DNA from: Octopus vulgaris
Lineage: Eukaryota
Direction: 5' to 3'
Assembly: GCA_951406725.2 (NCBI GenBank)
Contig: OX597820.1
Coordinates: 36,890,001 to 36,954,000, forward strand
DNA length: 64,000 nucleotides
In this document: positions 1 through 12,440 of the stretch, in pieces
How positions within the stretch are numbered: position 1 is the first letter of the stretch
How the letters are laid out: the number at the start of each line of letters is the position of its first letter
The notes under the pieces: model-generated
The model's input: only the letters and a program-made list of their open reading frames with translations
Told to the model about the DNA's origin: nothing
Databases searched by the model: none
Translations under genes and position numbers: made by a program

Positions 1-209
1 AAAAGAAGATATTAGTGATCCTTTATCTTAACAAAAACCTAAACAGCAATTAATCTACGTTAATTCTCTTGTTAATTCGCTGTGCTTTAATGCTTTCTAT
101 CATTTTCATAACTTGGTTCAAGTCAATGCCTCTGTAGTTGCTTCTTTCTAGACCTGTAATATTTGAATATGTACTACTCTGCCAGTCATTGGAAATGACT
201 ACATTTTAT

Positions 210-470
210 TTATACTCATTGTACTGTATAAACAGTATTGTGTTGTTACATATGAAATCAATTCCCAAGACGGTAGAATTGTTAGCATGTTGGAAGAATA
301 TCTTCTGATATTTCTTCCAGCTCCTTACATTTTGAGTTGAAATATTGCTTGGGTTAACTTTGCCTTTCATCCATACTGGGCCCATAAAATAAAGTATTTG
401 GTAAATAGTGTTGATGATACCACTTGAGTCACTTGCTTCAAAAGTGCTAGCTTTGTGTCTTAATTAGAAA
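210..470 (+). mobile_element. Degenerate tRNA-like SINE (family 1)
   Basis: GGTAGAATTGTTAGCATG...TTTGCCTTTCATCC matches the copies at ~13500, ~23770 and ~52760; boundaries approximate. Confidence 0.55.
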
Positions 471-1569
471 TATATTAATTCAATTCTAAAATATCAATTG
501 ACTTGTATGCTCTCTGTTATATACTACTACATTAATCTTTATATCTTTATCATATTGACCTCCATACTTTTTAATTCTTGTCCCTCCTTTTTGATGGGTT
601 TTAATCACTGCCACTCTAAGGCACTCAGTAGATATCTGATATATGTATGTTCTGTCTTGCTGCCATGCTTTCACCAGGAGTACAATTTCAGTGAAAAGGA
701 GAGAGCTGAGGAGGGAACCATGGTTAACTCCTAGTTGTAAATTGACTTATGTACTGACTATTTCCAGTTTCGATTTTGCTGATAATACTGTGCATAATTT
801 GAAAGACTTTAATAATTAATTCCACGCCATCATCTGCTACTACAAAATAGCTTGTACTCCATTAATCTCCATACCACTGCTTCCTCAGTTTATCCAATAT
901 ACCTACTCTTCCTATGCAATACCTCTCATCACCTAAACACTGGACATTAACTACATGTTCTTCACAGTTATTGGTACTATGACTTTTTCCATTACATATT
1001 TCACAAAACACATCTCCATCTCATCCTTACATTTCCCATCCATATAGAAAGTATTTGCAATTGCTTATCAAATGCTCTATAGTAATCTAATCACAATTAG
1101 ATAAACAATGTCATAAATATTGTTGATAATGTCATTCTTTTGTTGTTAGGGTACTTTTTTTATGAGTATCTTTAGTCATGTCACCAAGTAACCTAGAATA
1201 AAAAGACAGTATAAAAGATAAGGATTGATTAAATATCAACATAGTGAACTAACTTGATAAGAGACATTGCAAATGAATTACTACTGACAGTAATGTTCTT
1301 GTGTCTCTTACAAGGTTGAACTTGGTTTTGATTTTCTTCTATCACAATTTTAATTATTTTAGAATATTCCTTCTCTACTTCTCATTGTGTTCAACATTTT
1401 CTCATTAAGAGCCCTGCCAGAGTAAGCTTATCCTGTGAATTCACCATATCATTGTATAAATTACTTGAACAGTTTCTCTATAACTTGTAGTACAATAATG
1501 TAATACTTAAATAGTTAAAGTTAAGGATGAATATAAATTTAAAATGTTAAATGTAGGGTGAGAATGTAA

Positions 1570-1792
1570 GTTAAGCCATTTATTACCATTTTTCTTTTGA
1601 AAGACTGTTTTAATTTCTTTTGAAAATAATGAAGGATTTTATAAAATAACTTTGTTATTATTAAGCTAGTAGTGTTTGACACATAAATTACCATGAGGTT
1701 TTCACTGGAGATTTTAATTTAGATCACTTTAAAACAGAAGGTTTGTATCACAGAACTAAGGTTGTCTCAAGCTGGTTGATATCTAAAGGTAC
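1570..1792 (+). mobile_element. MITE-like interspersed repeat, possibly piggyBac-derived (TTAA/CCCTT-like ends)
   Basis: Core AAAATAACTTTG..TTAAGCT..GTGTTTG..GATCACTTTAAAACAG..GGTTGATATC recurs at ~9110-9266, ~11840-12052, ~12600-12812 (-) and ~23092-23300. Confidence 0.5.
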
Positions 1793-2214
1793 ATGCTATG
1801 ATTAAGTACTCAGTCAAGGCTGTAGGTATTAATAATGTAAATTGTTGACTAAAGACCTTGTAGCGGTAGCTGATATCCTCACTGAGAAACACAACAGGAA
1901 TGATCTCGTTTGAGATTACAGCCATGTTTGGCTGGGTTGTTCCTGCTGTGTCCACTGATCTGATTGGTTGACATGTGGCGCGGTTTGTCTCTACTTATTT
2001 CGCACCACTCTACAAAGCCAACTAATCACAGCTTTAGGATAAGGTCACATGACACAGTCTTTGGATTTTTTTCTGGAGCCTCTAGAATGCTTTAAAAGGC
2101 CTCAGAATTTACCATTCAAGGTCTTTGGTCTTCGGCCATTGACCACACCAGCACAGAGCAGCCAGTTCCAGTACTTTTTTAAGTGGGCTGGTTATGCGAC
2201 ACTGGTGTAGGCTA

Positions 2215-3180
2215 CAGTTGTGATTTCACTTTACTTGATGCATCTTCTCAGTTCAGAGGTCTCAGTTTTTCGTCATTACCTCTGTGAGGCCAAACGTTCA
2301 AAGGTCATGCTTCACCACCTCATCCCATGTCTTCCTGGGTCTCCCTCTACCACAGGTTCCTTTCACTGTTTGGGAGTGATACTTCTTCACACAGCTCTCC
2401 TCATCCAGTGCAGCCGTATCTCTTACATGCCACATCTAATGCTTCTAATGTCCAACATTTTCTCTCAGGGTGCTTACACTCTGTCATTTGTGCACACTGA
2501 CATTACACATCTAGCGGATTATGCTAGCTTCAATTCATTCAAGCCTATGCATGCCTTCAGCAGTCACAGCCCATATTTCACTGCTGTGAAGCATGGCAGT
2601 TTGCTCACATGCATCGTACAATCTACCTGTCACTCTGAGCGAGAAACCCTTTGTCAGCAGTAGGGGAAGAAGCTTTCTAAACTTTGCCCAGGCTATTCTT
2701 ATTCTAGTGGTAACACTCTCTGAGCATCTTCCACCACTACTAACTTGGTCACCTAGGTAGCGGAAGCTATTAACTACTTCTAGTTTCTCCCCCTGGACTG
2801 TGATGGAATCTGCTTTCCGAGCATCTGTGGTGTTTATTGCCCATGCATCAGCCGCACACAAAAGCCAGCTTCCCGGTTAACCTTCCTTTGATGTTGCTGT
2901 ACTTCTTATGCGTCCATAGCTTACACTGGGTACATCTTCTGGAGTTTCTACCTACACCTTTCCTACAAATTGAGCAGGGGTTTGTGATGTGTTCACCTCC
3001 CCAATTACTAGGACTTTGGTTTTTGCAACATTGGCTCTAAGGTCCTTCAATTCTAAATCTTGCTTCCACACCTGAAATTTCTTCTCTAGTTCTGGTAGTG
3101 AATCTGCTATGAGAGTCAGGTCATCAGCATAGAGGAGTTCCCAGGGGCAACCTGTCTTGAATTCCTCTGTTATTACCTGA
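2215..3180 (-). mobile_element. Decayed RTE-clade LINE fragment (RT C-terminal half)
   Basis: Minus strand reads EEFKTGCPWELLYADDL (YADD at 3120-3131); ORF 2535-2861 reads LEVVNSFRYLG...RIRIAWAKFRKL...SEIW; stops and frameshifts present. Confidence 0.85.
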
Positions 3181-3561
3181 GTTTAAGCACTCTGTCGCAT
3201 ACCCTGACAACCTCTGTGACCTTATCCACCCATTTCTCCACAGGGAGTATGCCTACACCCCCTACTACCAGTATAAAAATCTGCTAAATCATCCATAGAT
3301 TTTTATGGTGAATACATATATACTCTGAAGCTTGGAATCAACCCAATGAGCTAACCTTATTGAAGATGGCTACGGAAATAGCCAAAATTGGCCAACTGGC
3401 TGGTCAGTCTGAGGAATTCTTGGCTCTGTTTTCGGGGCAATTGCAGTCCCTATCAGAGTATATGTTGTGTGTTTTCTAACAGCATTGAACCATTTTAGTT
3501 CCTGTTTCTAGCAATGTAGTTGTTATTTACACCCTTTGTCAAGTTTAGTTGACAACTATAT

Positions 3562-3915
3562 CATCATCATCATCATCATCGTTTAATGTCCGTTTTCCAT
3601 GATAGCATGGGTTGGACAGTTCAACTGGGGTCTGGGAAGCCAGCAGGCTGCGCCAGGCCCAGTTTGATCTGGCAGTGTTTCTACAGCTGGATGCCCTTCC
3701 TAACGCCAACCACTCCGTGAGTGTAGTGGGTGCTTTTTACATGCCACCTGCACGGGTGCCAGGCGAAGCTGGCAAACGGCCACGATCGGATGGTGCTTTT
3801 TACGTGCCACCGGCATGGAGGCCAGTCAGGGCGGCGCTGGCAACAGCCACGTTCTGATGGTTCTCTTATGTGCCACCGGCACTGGTATTACAGCTACAAT
3901 TTCCATTGATGTTGA
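3562..3915 (-). mobile_element. (CAT)n-tailed SINE or LINE 3' tail repeat
   Basis: (CAT)n-CGTTTAATGTCCGTTTTCCATG..GCATGGGTTGGACAG motif, repeated more than ten times in the window. Confidence 0.7.
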
Positions 3916-4494
3916 TCGATTTCGATTTTGGGTCCAAGGATCTAAGTGTAGGAAGTTAGTAAGTAAGCTTCAAGCAATCCATGGTAGGTATAAGAAAACA
4001 ACATTCAAAACAATAATAATTTATTGGTGAGGGTTGTATGCTTTTCTCATATCAATGTTTGAGAAGCTAAAAAGAATTTCTTTTATTGCTTAGTTAGCAA
4101 CTTGAGTCGCTATGAATGCAAATAAAAATCCAAATTAAGTGGGTGGAGCAGATAAAATTCAGGTTACATATGTTTCCAAGCTAGTGGATCCTCTGATGTA
4201 ATGATTACTCAACAAGAGGCACTCAGCTAGCTACTCATAAGGCCAAAGATACTTTAATCATATGAAGGTTACATTGTCATTAAGGAATCTTAAGTAAATG
4301 GCCTGATGACTAGCTAATCCCAAGTCAACTTGCTGAAGATATAATTATATTTTTGGCAAGTTAACTTGAGATTTCTAAACGGCAATGTAACCGTCATATG
4401 ATTAAAATATTTTTGGCCTGGTGAGTAGCTCGCTGAGTGCCCCTCATTGATAATTATTAGACCTGCTATATCTATATTTATCTCTCTCTCTCTC

Positions 4495-4498
<4 letters not shown>

Positions 4499-4530
<32 letters not shown>
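4499..4530. repeat. (TA)n microsatellite
   Basis: Pure TA run. Confidence 0.95.
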
Positions 4531-4534
<4 letters not shown>

Positions 4535-4946
4535 ATATGTAAAGTAACAGTTTTAGAGAAATACCATTGGTTTCATATGTAGCATGAACTAGACATATTT
4601 TCAGTTTCTCTTAACGAAAACTGTACTATGCAAAGAATGTTTTTTTAAAAACATATACACACATTTATACATATGATTTTAGTCCTTTTACCAATAGTGT
4701 TAAGTATTGTCCCTTAACTATCCCCTAATATTATCAGATAGAGATGGTGGGGAGGAGAATAGAGATGGAGGTACAGGACATGGAGCTTATCAATTTGATT
4801 AATTTAATTATTTAAAAATTTTCAATAATTTATTTATTATTTGTTATTTCGTATTTTTAGATTCGTTCATTATTGATCACATTAAACATTATTTTTACTT
4901 TCTGTTTTCTGTACTGCCAACTTGCTTGATTATGCTTAAGTCAGTT

Positions 4947-5128
4947 TACGAAAGCGCGGCTGATGCTAAATATATTAATTAATTTTGTATTAGTGTCATT
5001 TGGATTGTTCAGTGGGATCAAGAAGTTGAGAATAGAAGAAGCTTATATCTTTTAATTGCTCACAAATCTGTTTTTCTCTCGATATTCATATACAAATAGT
5101 GAAGGAAGTCAGAAAGAAAAAGTAAGTT
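4947..5128 (+). promoter_or_regulatory. Conserved 5' non-coding module (probable UTR exon) of ZNF-A
   Basis: TACGAAAGCGCGGCTG at 4947-4962 and donor A|GTAAGTT (GT at 5122); homologous blocks lie upstream of ZNF-B, -C and -F. Confidence 0.55.
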
Positions 5129-5308
5129 GGTTTGTTGTCACTGACTAATTATTTAATATGATTTTTAGTATTACTAATGCAAACGTCTCTTGTAGCAGTA
5201 ACAACCCACAATATGTATTAATGGTGATGCGTTATTTTACGTTTATGTTTAATCTCTGTTTAAAAGTTAAACATCAGTGATATTTGATTTTAGCAGCTAT
5301 TTACCACC

Positions 5309-5655
5309 ACTAAGTATAGTAGCATTGAAGCTTTTGTTATTAATTATGTCATATTGCTACAGTGTTCTCCATTGTTAAATTTTATTTTTATCAAATCATT
5401 TTGTAGTCCGTCATGAAATATTTTGGACGAAGTCTTTGTGCTTGTGTGTAAGCAGTAGTTTGTTTTATGTTTAGTGTACTTAATTCACTTTAACGTAGTT
5501 TGAATCTTACATGTTAACTGCAACGAAATATGAAATTATCAAACTGCATGTTGTTGTCTTGGACATTATATATGTGTGTGTAATTACATTATACAATGTA
5601 GAAACCCTCTTCAAGACGGAAATGTGAGGAAAATTTGGCTGTAATTTATAATATT
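5309..5655 (+). repeat. ~350 bp direct repeat, copy 1 (copy 2 at ~8011-8361)
   Basis: ACTAAGTATAGTAGCATTGAA...TTTGGCTGTAATTTATA aligns between the two places. Confidence 0.85.
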
Positions 5656-7029
5656 TTAGATGATCGTCGTATTAGGTGGTTCTTCATTATTATAACTGTA
5701 AACTCTAGAGAAAATCCAAATAAAAACATGTCAGAATAACAGTACAATACAAAGATGAACGTCATTAAATTTTGTAATAATAAAATAAAATATGGATATA
5801 TAATTTTTTTAAAGTATAAATGATTTAACTGTATAAAATAGTAATTTAACTATATAAGATATATTTAATAGTGAAATCATTACTAAATTTGATCAAACAA
5901 AACACTCCTTGTTCAATACAATTTTATATATATTTGAGGCTTTTTTTTTTTCTTTTGTCAAAAATTTAATGGCATTTGTTCTGCATTTTCTTATTCTGGC
6001 TTCGGTATTTTCAGTTTATGGCTATAATGGAAAATATTTCCGCGTATTTATTTTTTTACGAGATGAATATTAATAGTGGTAAAATATTTGGAAAAGGTAA
6101 TTTTTAGAAACCTCCTTGCTTGTTAATAATCTAAGTAGACGGGTTAATTTCACTATTTCATGAATGGAAATTGGTAAGTTAGAAGACAAGCAAAATGCCG
6201 TTATACATAGATACTTACGCACGCGCTCACTGCCGCACACAAGTGGGCTTCGCGATTCAATAATTCAATACTTTAAAAATAGCGATAATAATAGAAAAGT
6301 TATTTATTGTTGTAACCATTGAAACTATCGGTCAAACTAGTACGTTGCTGAATATGTATATTTTCATCTTATTATCTCATAAATCTTGTTCATATAAAAT
6401 GTAAATAATCTCCCATGTTTTCATCCTAACTTTTTAGCGCAACCGTAAATTAAACAAGCTGGCTGCCAGCTATGCGTTAGGTATACAGATTGATCAGCTC
6501 TATTTACTGAAGCCCCAAGTAATAATTGTATTTAAAATTACAAAGAGTATATTCAGTTGCTGTTTAGAACCCGACCCATGATTAAAACTAGTTTTGCTGA
6601 TGCCACATTTTACACAGACAAAATACGTTGTTAGGTCATCTGTTTATTGCTTACAGTGTTGGTTGAAATCTTTAGATTTCTCCTTTGGCACACTTTCCTC
6701 TCCAATCTCCAGTTGTCACTTACTTTTACCTACCTCTCCTACTTATCGCGTAACGCTAGTTTTTCATTATATCCATCCCCTCACCCATTTCCCATCGCTG
6801 ATTCTCTTATACACTCTTGCAACCTCGACCCACTCACTTCTCACCTTGTACCTAGGTCCCCCCCAGACTCCACATCACTACTATTTTCATCTCATCCTAG
6901 CTCTGCCTCAATCACACCACCCTCTCTTCTTAAACATGAGTAACCATGTAGCTCCTCTACAGCAAGAAACCCGTTCTGCTCTGCCCTCCCCACTTCTCTC
7001 AATCTTTAATCTCTCCACCCACTTCATCT

Positions 7030-7232
7030 CCTAGCATAAAGCCACCCCTCTTGAGATTTGCAGTCCTGCAAATTGCATGGTGACCTTACTAGTGTTGGTA
7101 GTATGAAAAAGCATCTAGCCATAGAAGTTAAACCAAAGCAGATATTGGGGCATGATGCAGTCCTTGGACCTGTCAGATCCTGCCAACCATCCAGTCCATG
7201 CCAGCATGGAACACAGATGTTAATGATGATGA
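7030..7232 (+). mobile_element. (GAT)n-tailed SINE or LINE tail fragment
   Basis: CCATGCCAGCATGGAA..GATGTTAATGATGATGAT tail. Confidence 0.6.
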
Positions 7233-8010
7233 TATATATTACACATATGTCTCAATATATAAAGTTTATTGGGCTATATATATTAGGGGTTAGGATTAAA
7301 AATTGTTTGTATGAACAGGTAAATGTATTTAACATTTAACACATATCAGTTGTCGTTAGTTTTATAAACATCATAAAGAATGAAATATGTGGCAGTTTCA
7401 TGGGCAAAAAGAAAATTAAAAATTGAATTTGTGACAATTGCTTTTTTGCAAAATTGTTTCCTCCCATGATGAGTCATAAAAAAAATTTCAGAAGTCAAAC
7501 ATGAATATCTTTATTGCTACTTACATTCTCCAAAACTGATAGGGATGAAATGGAATTTTGGAGAAATTTTTATTGCTGAACTGTAATTTCTAATGTTTAA
7601 GGCACAGAAATCCAAAACAATATTTGAGAGCAAATAAATAAAAATGTTAGTATGAAACGTTTTTATTCTGAATATTTGTAAGCAAATCAATTAGCTCTTT
7701 TGCAAGTTCATAATAATATGTGTATGTAGTTTTGTTTCTTATGTATGCACTCGCTGTCAACAAATGAAATGTCAAAGAGATGTGTTTGATGTGAGGGTCA
7801 CAGTTAAGATGATATCTGGTCTATATTAAGGGTACCCAAGCAGATAAATATTTAGTAATTTAAATGCTGAATAATTTTGAGGGCAGATAGTGAATGACAT
7901 GGAAGAGTTTAGCAGAAATTACACATTAGTATTAAATTTCTGTATAATTATACATCATAGTTAACAGAATAATCTTGTTCATTTGTATTTCTCTCAATAT
8001 TGAGATAACA

Positions 8011-8361
8011 ACTAAGTATAGTAGCATTGAAATATTTGTTATTATGTCACATTGCTACAATGTTTTCCATTGTTAAATCTTTGTCAGCTAAATCTCATAT
8101 TATCAAATCATTTTGTAGTCAGTCATGATATATTTTGGACGAAGTCTCTGTGTGTAAGCAATAGTTTGTTTTATGTTTAATGTACTTAATTCACTTTAGC
8201 AAAGTTTGAATCTTGTATGTTAACTGCAGCAAAATATAAAATAATCAAACTGCATGTTGTTGTCCTGGACATTTTATATATATATATATATGTGTGTGTG
8301 TAACTATATTATACAACGTATATACCCTCTGAGGGAAATTTGGCTGTAATTTATAGTATTT
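8011..8361 (+). repeat. ~350 bp direct repeat, copy 2
   Basis: Aligns to 5309-5655. Confidence 0.85.
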
Positions 8362-9384
8362 AAAATAATGTAGTCATAATCATCAGCATCAATTTATATC
8401 CCCTTTCCATGCTGAGTTTCACATGGTTATACACTGATTGATGTAGAAAAGTAGAAATGCTCAGACAGTAAATAACACAGGAATATCAGCAGTATGTAAA
8501 ATGTGTTTCAGTCTTCTTATGACTTAACTAATGAGGTCATAATAAGGCTAGAACATATCCAATTATTTAATCATGTGGCAACTGAATTTCAACTAATTTA
8601 AGATGATATTAAGGAAACCAAGAAAATTATGTTAGGAAACCAGTTCTTCTTACTATTGTAAATTGAACAGATACCAGTAACCAGTAAAACTCACAGTGTA
8701 GTACTCCTTTCCCATCTAAAACTCCTGTTTCTGCACATTCAGATAACCGAGAATGTATCCAAATTTGAGTCACCTGATTGATGCAAAATCTCTCACAGAT
8801 ATTCTCCAGTCTCTAGCCCACAGGTAGGCTGTTGTATTTCTCTGCTTTTTGTATGAGTTCTGCAGTGACCTTTCCTTCTGGAACTGGCTGGTCACATGTC
8901 ATTTCCACTCAGCTCCCAACTTACATCTCTCACCTCCCATTGCCCATGTTTTGTACAAACTCCTCAGGCACTGCACTCATCATTATACTCAGATCTTCCC
9001 CCAGAAAGTTGTCCCTCCGATCCTGTCTTTTTCGCAGTCCATTGACTTGCAACACTAACTTTTTTTACTATATTTCTGTAGAAGTACACTGCCTTTGTTG
9101 GAATTTATTTAAAAAAACATTGAAGTATTTAGTTAAATAGCTTTGCATTATTAATTTAGTGTTTGAAACATCAATTAGCATGAAATTTTGATTGAAGGTT
9201 TTAATTTAAGCCACTTTAAAACAGGGAATTTGTGTCATACAGCCAGGTTGATATCAAAAGGGTTAGGTAAAATGTTTACAGTATCAGTTTCCCCAGTTTT
9301 GAAAAGTTTGTAAAGGCCTTGAGTCCTGCTCCTTCTTCCAGACTTGAAAAGAAAATTAATTTATCTAATAATCTGTTAGTAAAC

Positions 9385-9425
9385 TTTTCATTGACTTTTC
9401 TGTCTTATATACTTTATTTCAGGGT
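9385..9425 (+). promoter_or_regulatory. Putative 3' splice site of the ZNF-A coding exon
   Basis: TTTTCATTGAC + pyrimidine tract + TTTCAG|GGTTT (AG at 9421-9422); conserved before ZNF-D (AG 41040-41041) and ZNF-F (AG 59371-59372). Confidence 0.55.
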
Positions 9426-9853
9426 TTATGCTGATTCGAAATATATCAAAAACATGTTTCTGTAAGATTTTGAAAACAGACTGACAACATCCAATACACA
9501 GTTAACTGTTTTTTAAAACCCTGATTAAGTTGCTTTGAATTTTAAATTAAGGCTGCAACAGAGATATGGAACATGAAGATTCCCTTGGTTTGTATGTACT
9601 GTCTTCCAGATCTGTGTGTATCTCGAGGAGGGAAGTAATTTTAGTTGCTGATTTTAAATTTCAAGCTTGAACTACCCCAATGCAATATCTTGTTTCTTTA
9701 CAATCAAGACATCTATAGACTTTGTCAAATGTTACATTTTATTCTGTATGAGAAAATAACATTGTAATTATTTATTGAAAAGTTCCAGAGAATTTCATTT
9801 TCTTCATTACACATTGAAATTAAAAATTTTTTTAGAATATTTGTAAGAACATC

Positions 9854-11026
9854 ATGGAAGACAAACTGGAGGAGAGTCAGGCCTGTGATAAAACACAGCC
9901 TGAATCTAGTGATGTATCTAATCAGGAGTGTGTAGATACAGAGAAAAAAGCTTACCATTTTGACATTCATAAGAAGACATTCTCACAATATAACGTACTT
10001 CTTACAAGCATAAAGCTTAAATATTCTAAAATGTGTAACAAAACAACTGCTAAGAGCCGTTCATTCTCCAAGGGTATTCAGTCAGATCAGACTGATTTTG
10101 AATGCTTAATCTGTGGTAAAATATTCTCTCGGAAATCTTATTTGACTAGACACAAACGAATACACAGAAGCAAGAAATCATACCGCTGTGATATCTGTGA
10201 CAGAGCTTTCAATGACAGCAGTACTTTGACGAATCATAGACGTATTCATACTGATGAGAAGCCATATCACTGTGATATTTGTGGGAGAAGGTTCACTCAA
10301 TTTGGTCATTTGAGTAGACACAAATATACTCATTCAGGAGAGAAACCGCACCGTTGTGATATTTGTGGGAAGGCATTCTCACAGGTTGATAGTTTAACTC
10401 GTCACATACGTATTCACACAGGAGAGAAACCATATCAATGTGGTGTTTGTGGTAAAACATTTTCTCGAAGCTCTTATTTAAGTGTTCACAAATCTGTTCA
10501 CACCAGAGAAAAGCCACACCGCTGTGACATCTGTGGGAAAACATTCTCTGGGAGAGGTAACATGACTAATCACAAACGTATTCACACTGGTGAAAAACCA
10601 TACCATTGTAATATCTGCGGGAAGACCTTCTCTGGATGCAACAGTTTAACTAGTCACATACAAGTTCACACAGGAGATAAGCCATACCACTGTGATATTT
10701 GTGCAAAAACGTTCTCTACCAGTAGTAGATTAACTAGACATATACGCACTCATACTGGTGAAAAACCATTCCATTGCAACACCTGTGGTAAAACATTCTC
10801 TCAAAATGGTCATTTAACTCAACATGTACGAGTTCACACTGGTGAAAAACCATTTCACTGTGATATCTGTGGTAAAACATTCACTCAGAGAGGTCATTTA
10901 ACACTTCACATACGTGGTCATACAGGTGAGAGACCATACAGTTGTGATATTTGTGGTAAAGCTTATGCTGATAATCAGAGTTTAACTCGTCATAAACCTG
11001 TGCACACAAATAAGAAAAAATCATGA
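9854..11026 (+). CDS. ZNF-A: tandem C2H2 zinc-finger protein, 11 fingers, 390 aa
   Basis: CxxC-x12-HxxxH repeats with TGEKPY linkers; N-terminus MEDKLEESQAC shared with paralogues; open frame. Confidence 0.92.
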   Translation: MEDKLEESQACDKTQPESSDVSNQECVDTEKKAYHFDIHKKTFSQYNVLLTSIKLKYSKMCNKTTAKSRSFSKGIQSDQTDFECLICGKIFSRKSYLTRHKRIHRSKKSYRCDICDRAFNDSSTLTNHRRIHTDEKPYHCDICGRRFTQFGHLSRHKYTHSGEKPHRCDICGKAFSQVDSLTRHIRIHTGEKPYQCGVCGKTFSRSSYLSVHKSVHTREKPHRCDICGKTFSGRGNMTNHKRIHTGEKPYHCNICGKTFSGCNSLTSHIQVHTGDKPYHCDICAKTFSTSSRLTRHIRTHTGEKPFHCNTCGKTFSQNGHLTQHVRVHTGEKPFHCDICGKTFTQRGHLTLHIRGHTGERPYSCDICGKAYADNQSLTRHKPVHTNKKKS

Positions 11027-12440
11027 TATCTATCAAGAAATGCTGAGAATGGACAATAGTTTGATAATCACAAAGTCATGGTACGCAAACCATTAAACAT
11101 ACTTTGCTGAAAAACAAAATGCCCAAATTACTACTTCATGACACTATACAGGAATTCCTGTAAGATAGGTAATATAAAATGTCATGAAACTTCATGGAAA
11201 GTAGATAAAAGTCATATTTATATATATAAAACTTATGTAAATTGAGAATATTTTGCAATATGTCAAAGGAAATTATAAATCACCCTATTGTGCTACTGTT
11301 CTTGACTTTCTAAAACAATGTTTTATCATTTGCAATCAGATGCATTACATGGTTGAAAAGTTTTCAATAATAATATTCACACACAGGTTAACAAATATCA
11401 CTAATTTGTAATATTTAAAAAAAAATTATCTTTTCAATAAACATTTTTTTTTTTTACCCAGAACATTCTTCAACATTGTATAATTCACTAATTTACTTTG
11501 TAATAATTTTCTTATTTAGTCTGGTTGCACAGACATTTATCACTATTTTCATGTTATGAGAAATTGACAATTGTGTTTTGTGACTGAAATACTTTTGTGT
11601 TTTTCAATTAAACTACTATCTGAGAAAACATTTTTGTCAGTTTTTTTCTGCAATAGTTTGTGTATTTAGAAGAAGCATGGTTTGCTGTAAAAATTTGGTT
11701 TTAATGGAAAGAAAACATAAAACTGTAAAGTTGAGAATAGAGCCATTGCTTGGAAAAGGACAATGTAAGAACTGAAAAAGTGTTTTTTAATAGAACTAGA
11801 AACATTTAGCTAATAAATTACAACAGAGCATAGTGCATTGTTAACTCTTTTCTTACCATACACTGCTTTTATTTTAATTGATTCTGAAAATGATGAAGGA
11901 TTTTCTAAAATATATTTATCCTTATTAAACTGATGTTTCAGATTTGATTTGACATGAAAATTTTATAGATTTTTATTGAAATCCCTGTAGAACAGGGAAG
12001 TTGTATCATACAACTAGGAGCAGTCTTAGGCAGGTTGGTCTCAACTAGGTTCACTTATAACATAGTGATAATCACATAATAGTGACGGATTTGCAGGTTT
12101 TATAGGATTAGATAGAAGAATATGTTGAGGCTAGGGTGGATGATAAATGTTAGGTGTCTTTTGCTAGTTGAAATTTAAAAGTTGTCCGCTTGCTAACAAC
12201 TAAGTACTTAGTTTGCCAAGTCAGAAAAACGATAACATTAAATGATGTAGAAGTGAAGGGGCTCCGTTCAAATCTGACAAATAAGGTACTTTGTTTCTAA
12301 CAAGCAGATTATGAGCTAAATTAAATTCAATTCATCGTGTTTTTAAATGTTTTTGCAAAGGTACCTGAGAGAAAAATGTTCATGACAAAAACATGGTAAA
12401 TTTTTCCATTGTTTGTAGCACAAGTATTTAACCAGTTCTC

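Noticed and set aside
6143-6180. GTTAATTTCAC plus GTAAG donor resembling 52067-52087
   Set aside because: An 11 bp match in AT-rich DNA is too weak to call homology without transcript data
6594-7034. 146 aa ORF in a C/T-rich tract
   Set aside because: Low-complexity sequence adjacent to a retro-tail; no recognisable motif
9854-11026. Regularly spaced repeats with variable spacers resembling a CRISPR-like array
   Set aside because: The constant parts are TGEKPY linker codons and the variable parts are recognition helices; eukaryotic context with no cas genes
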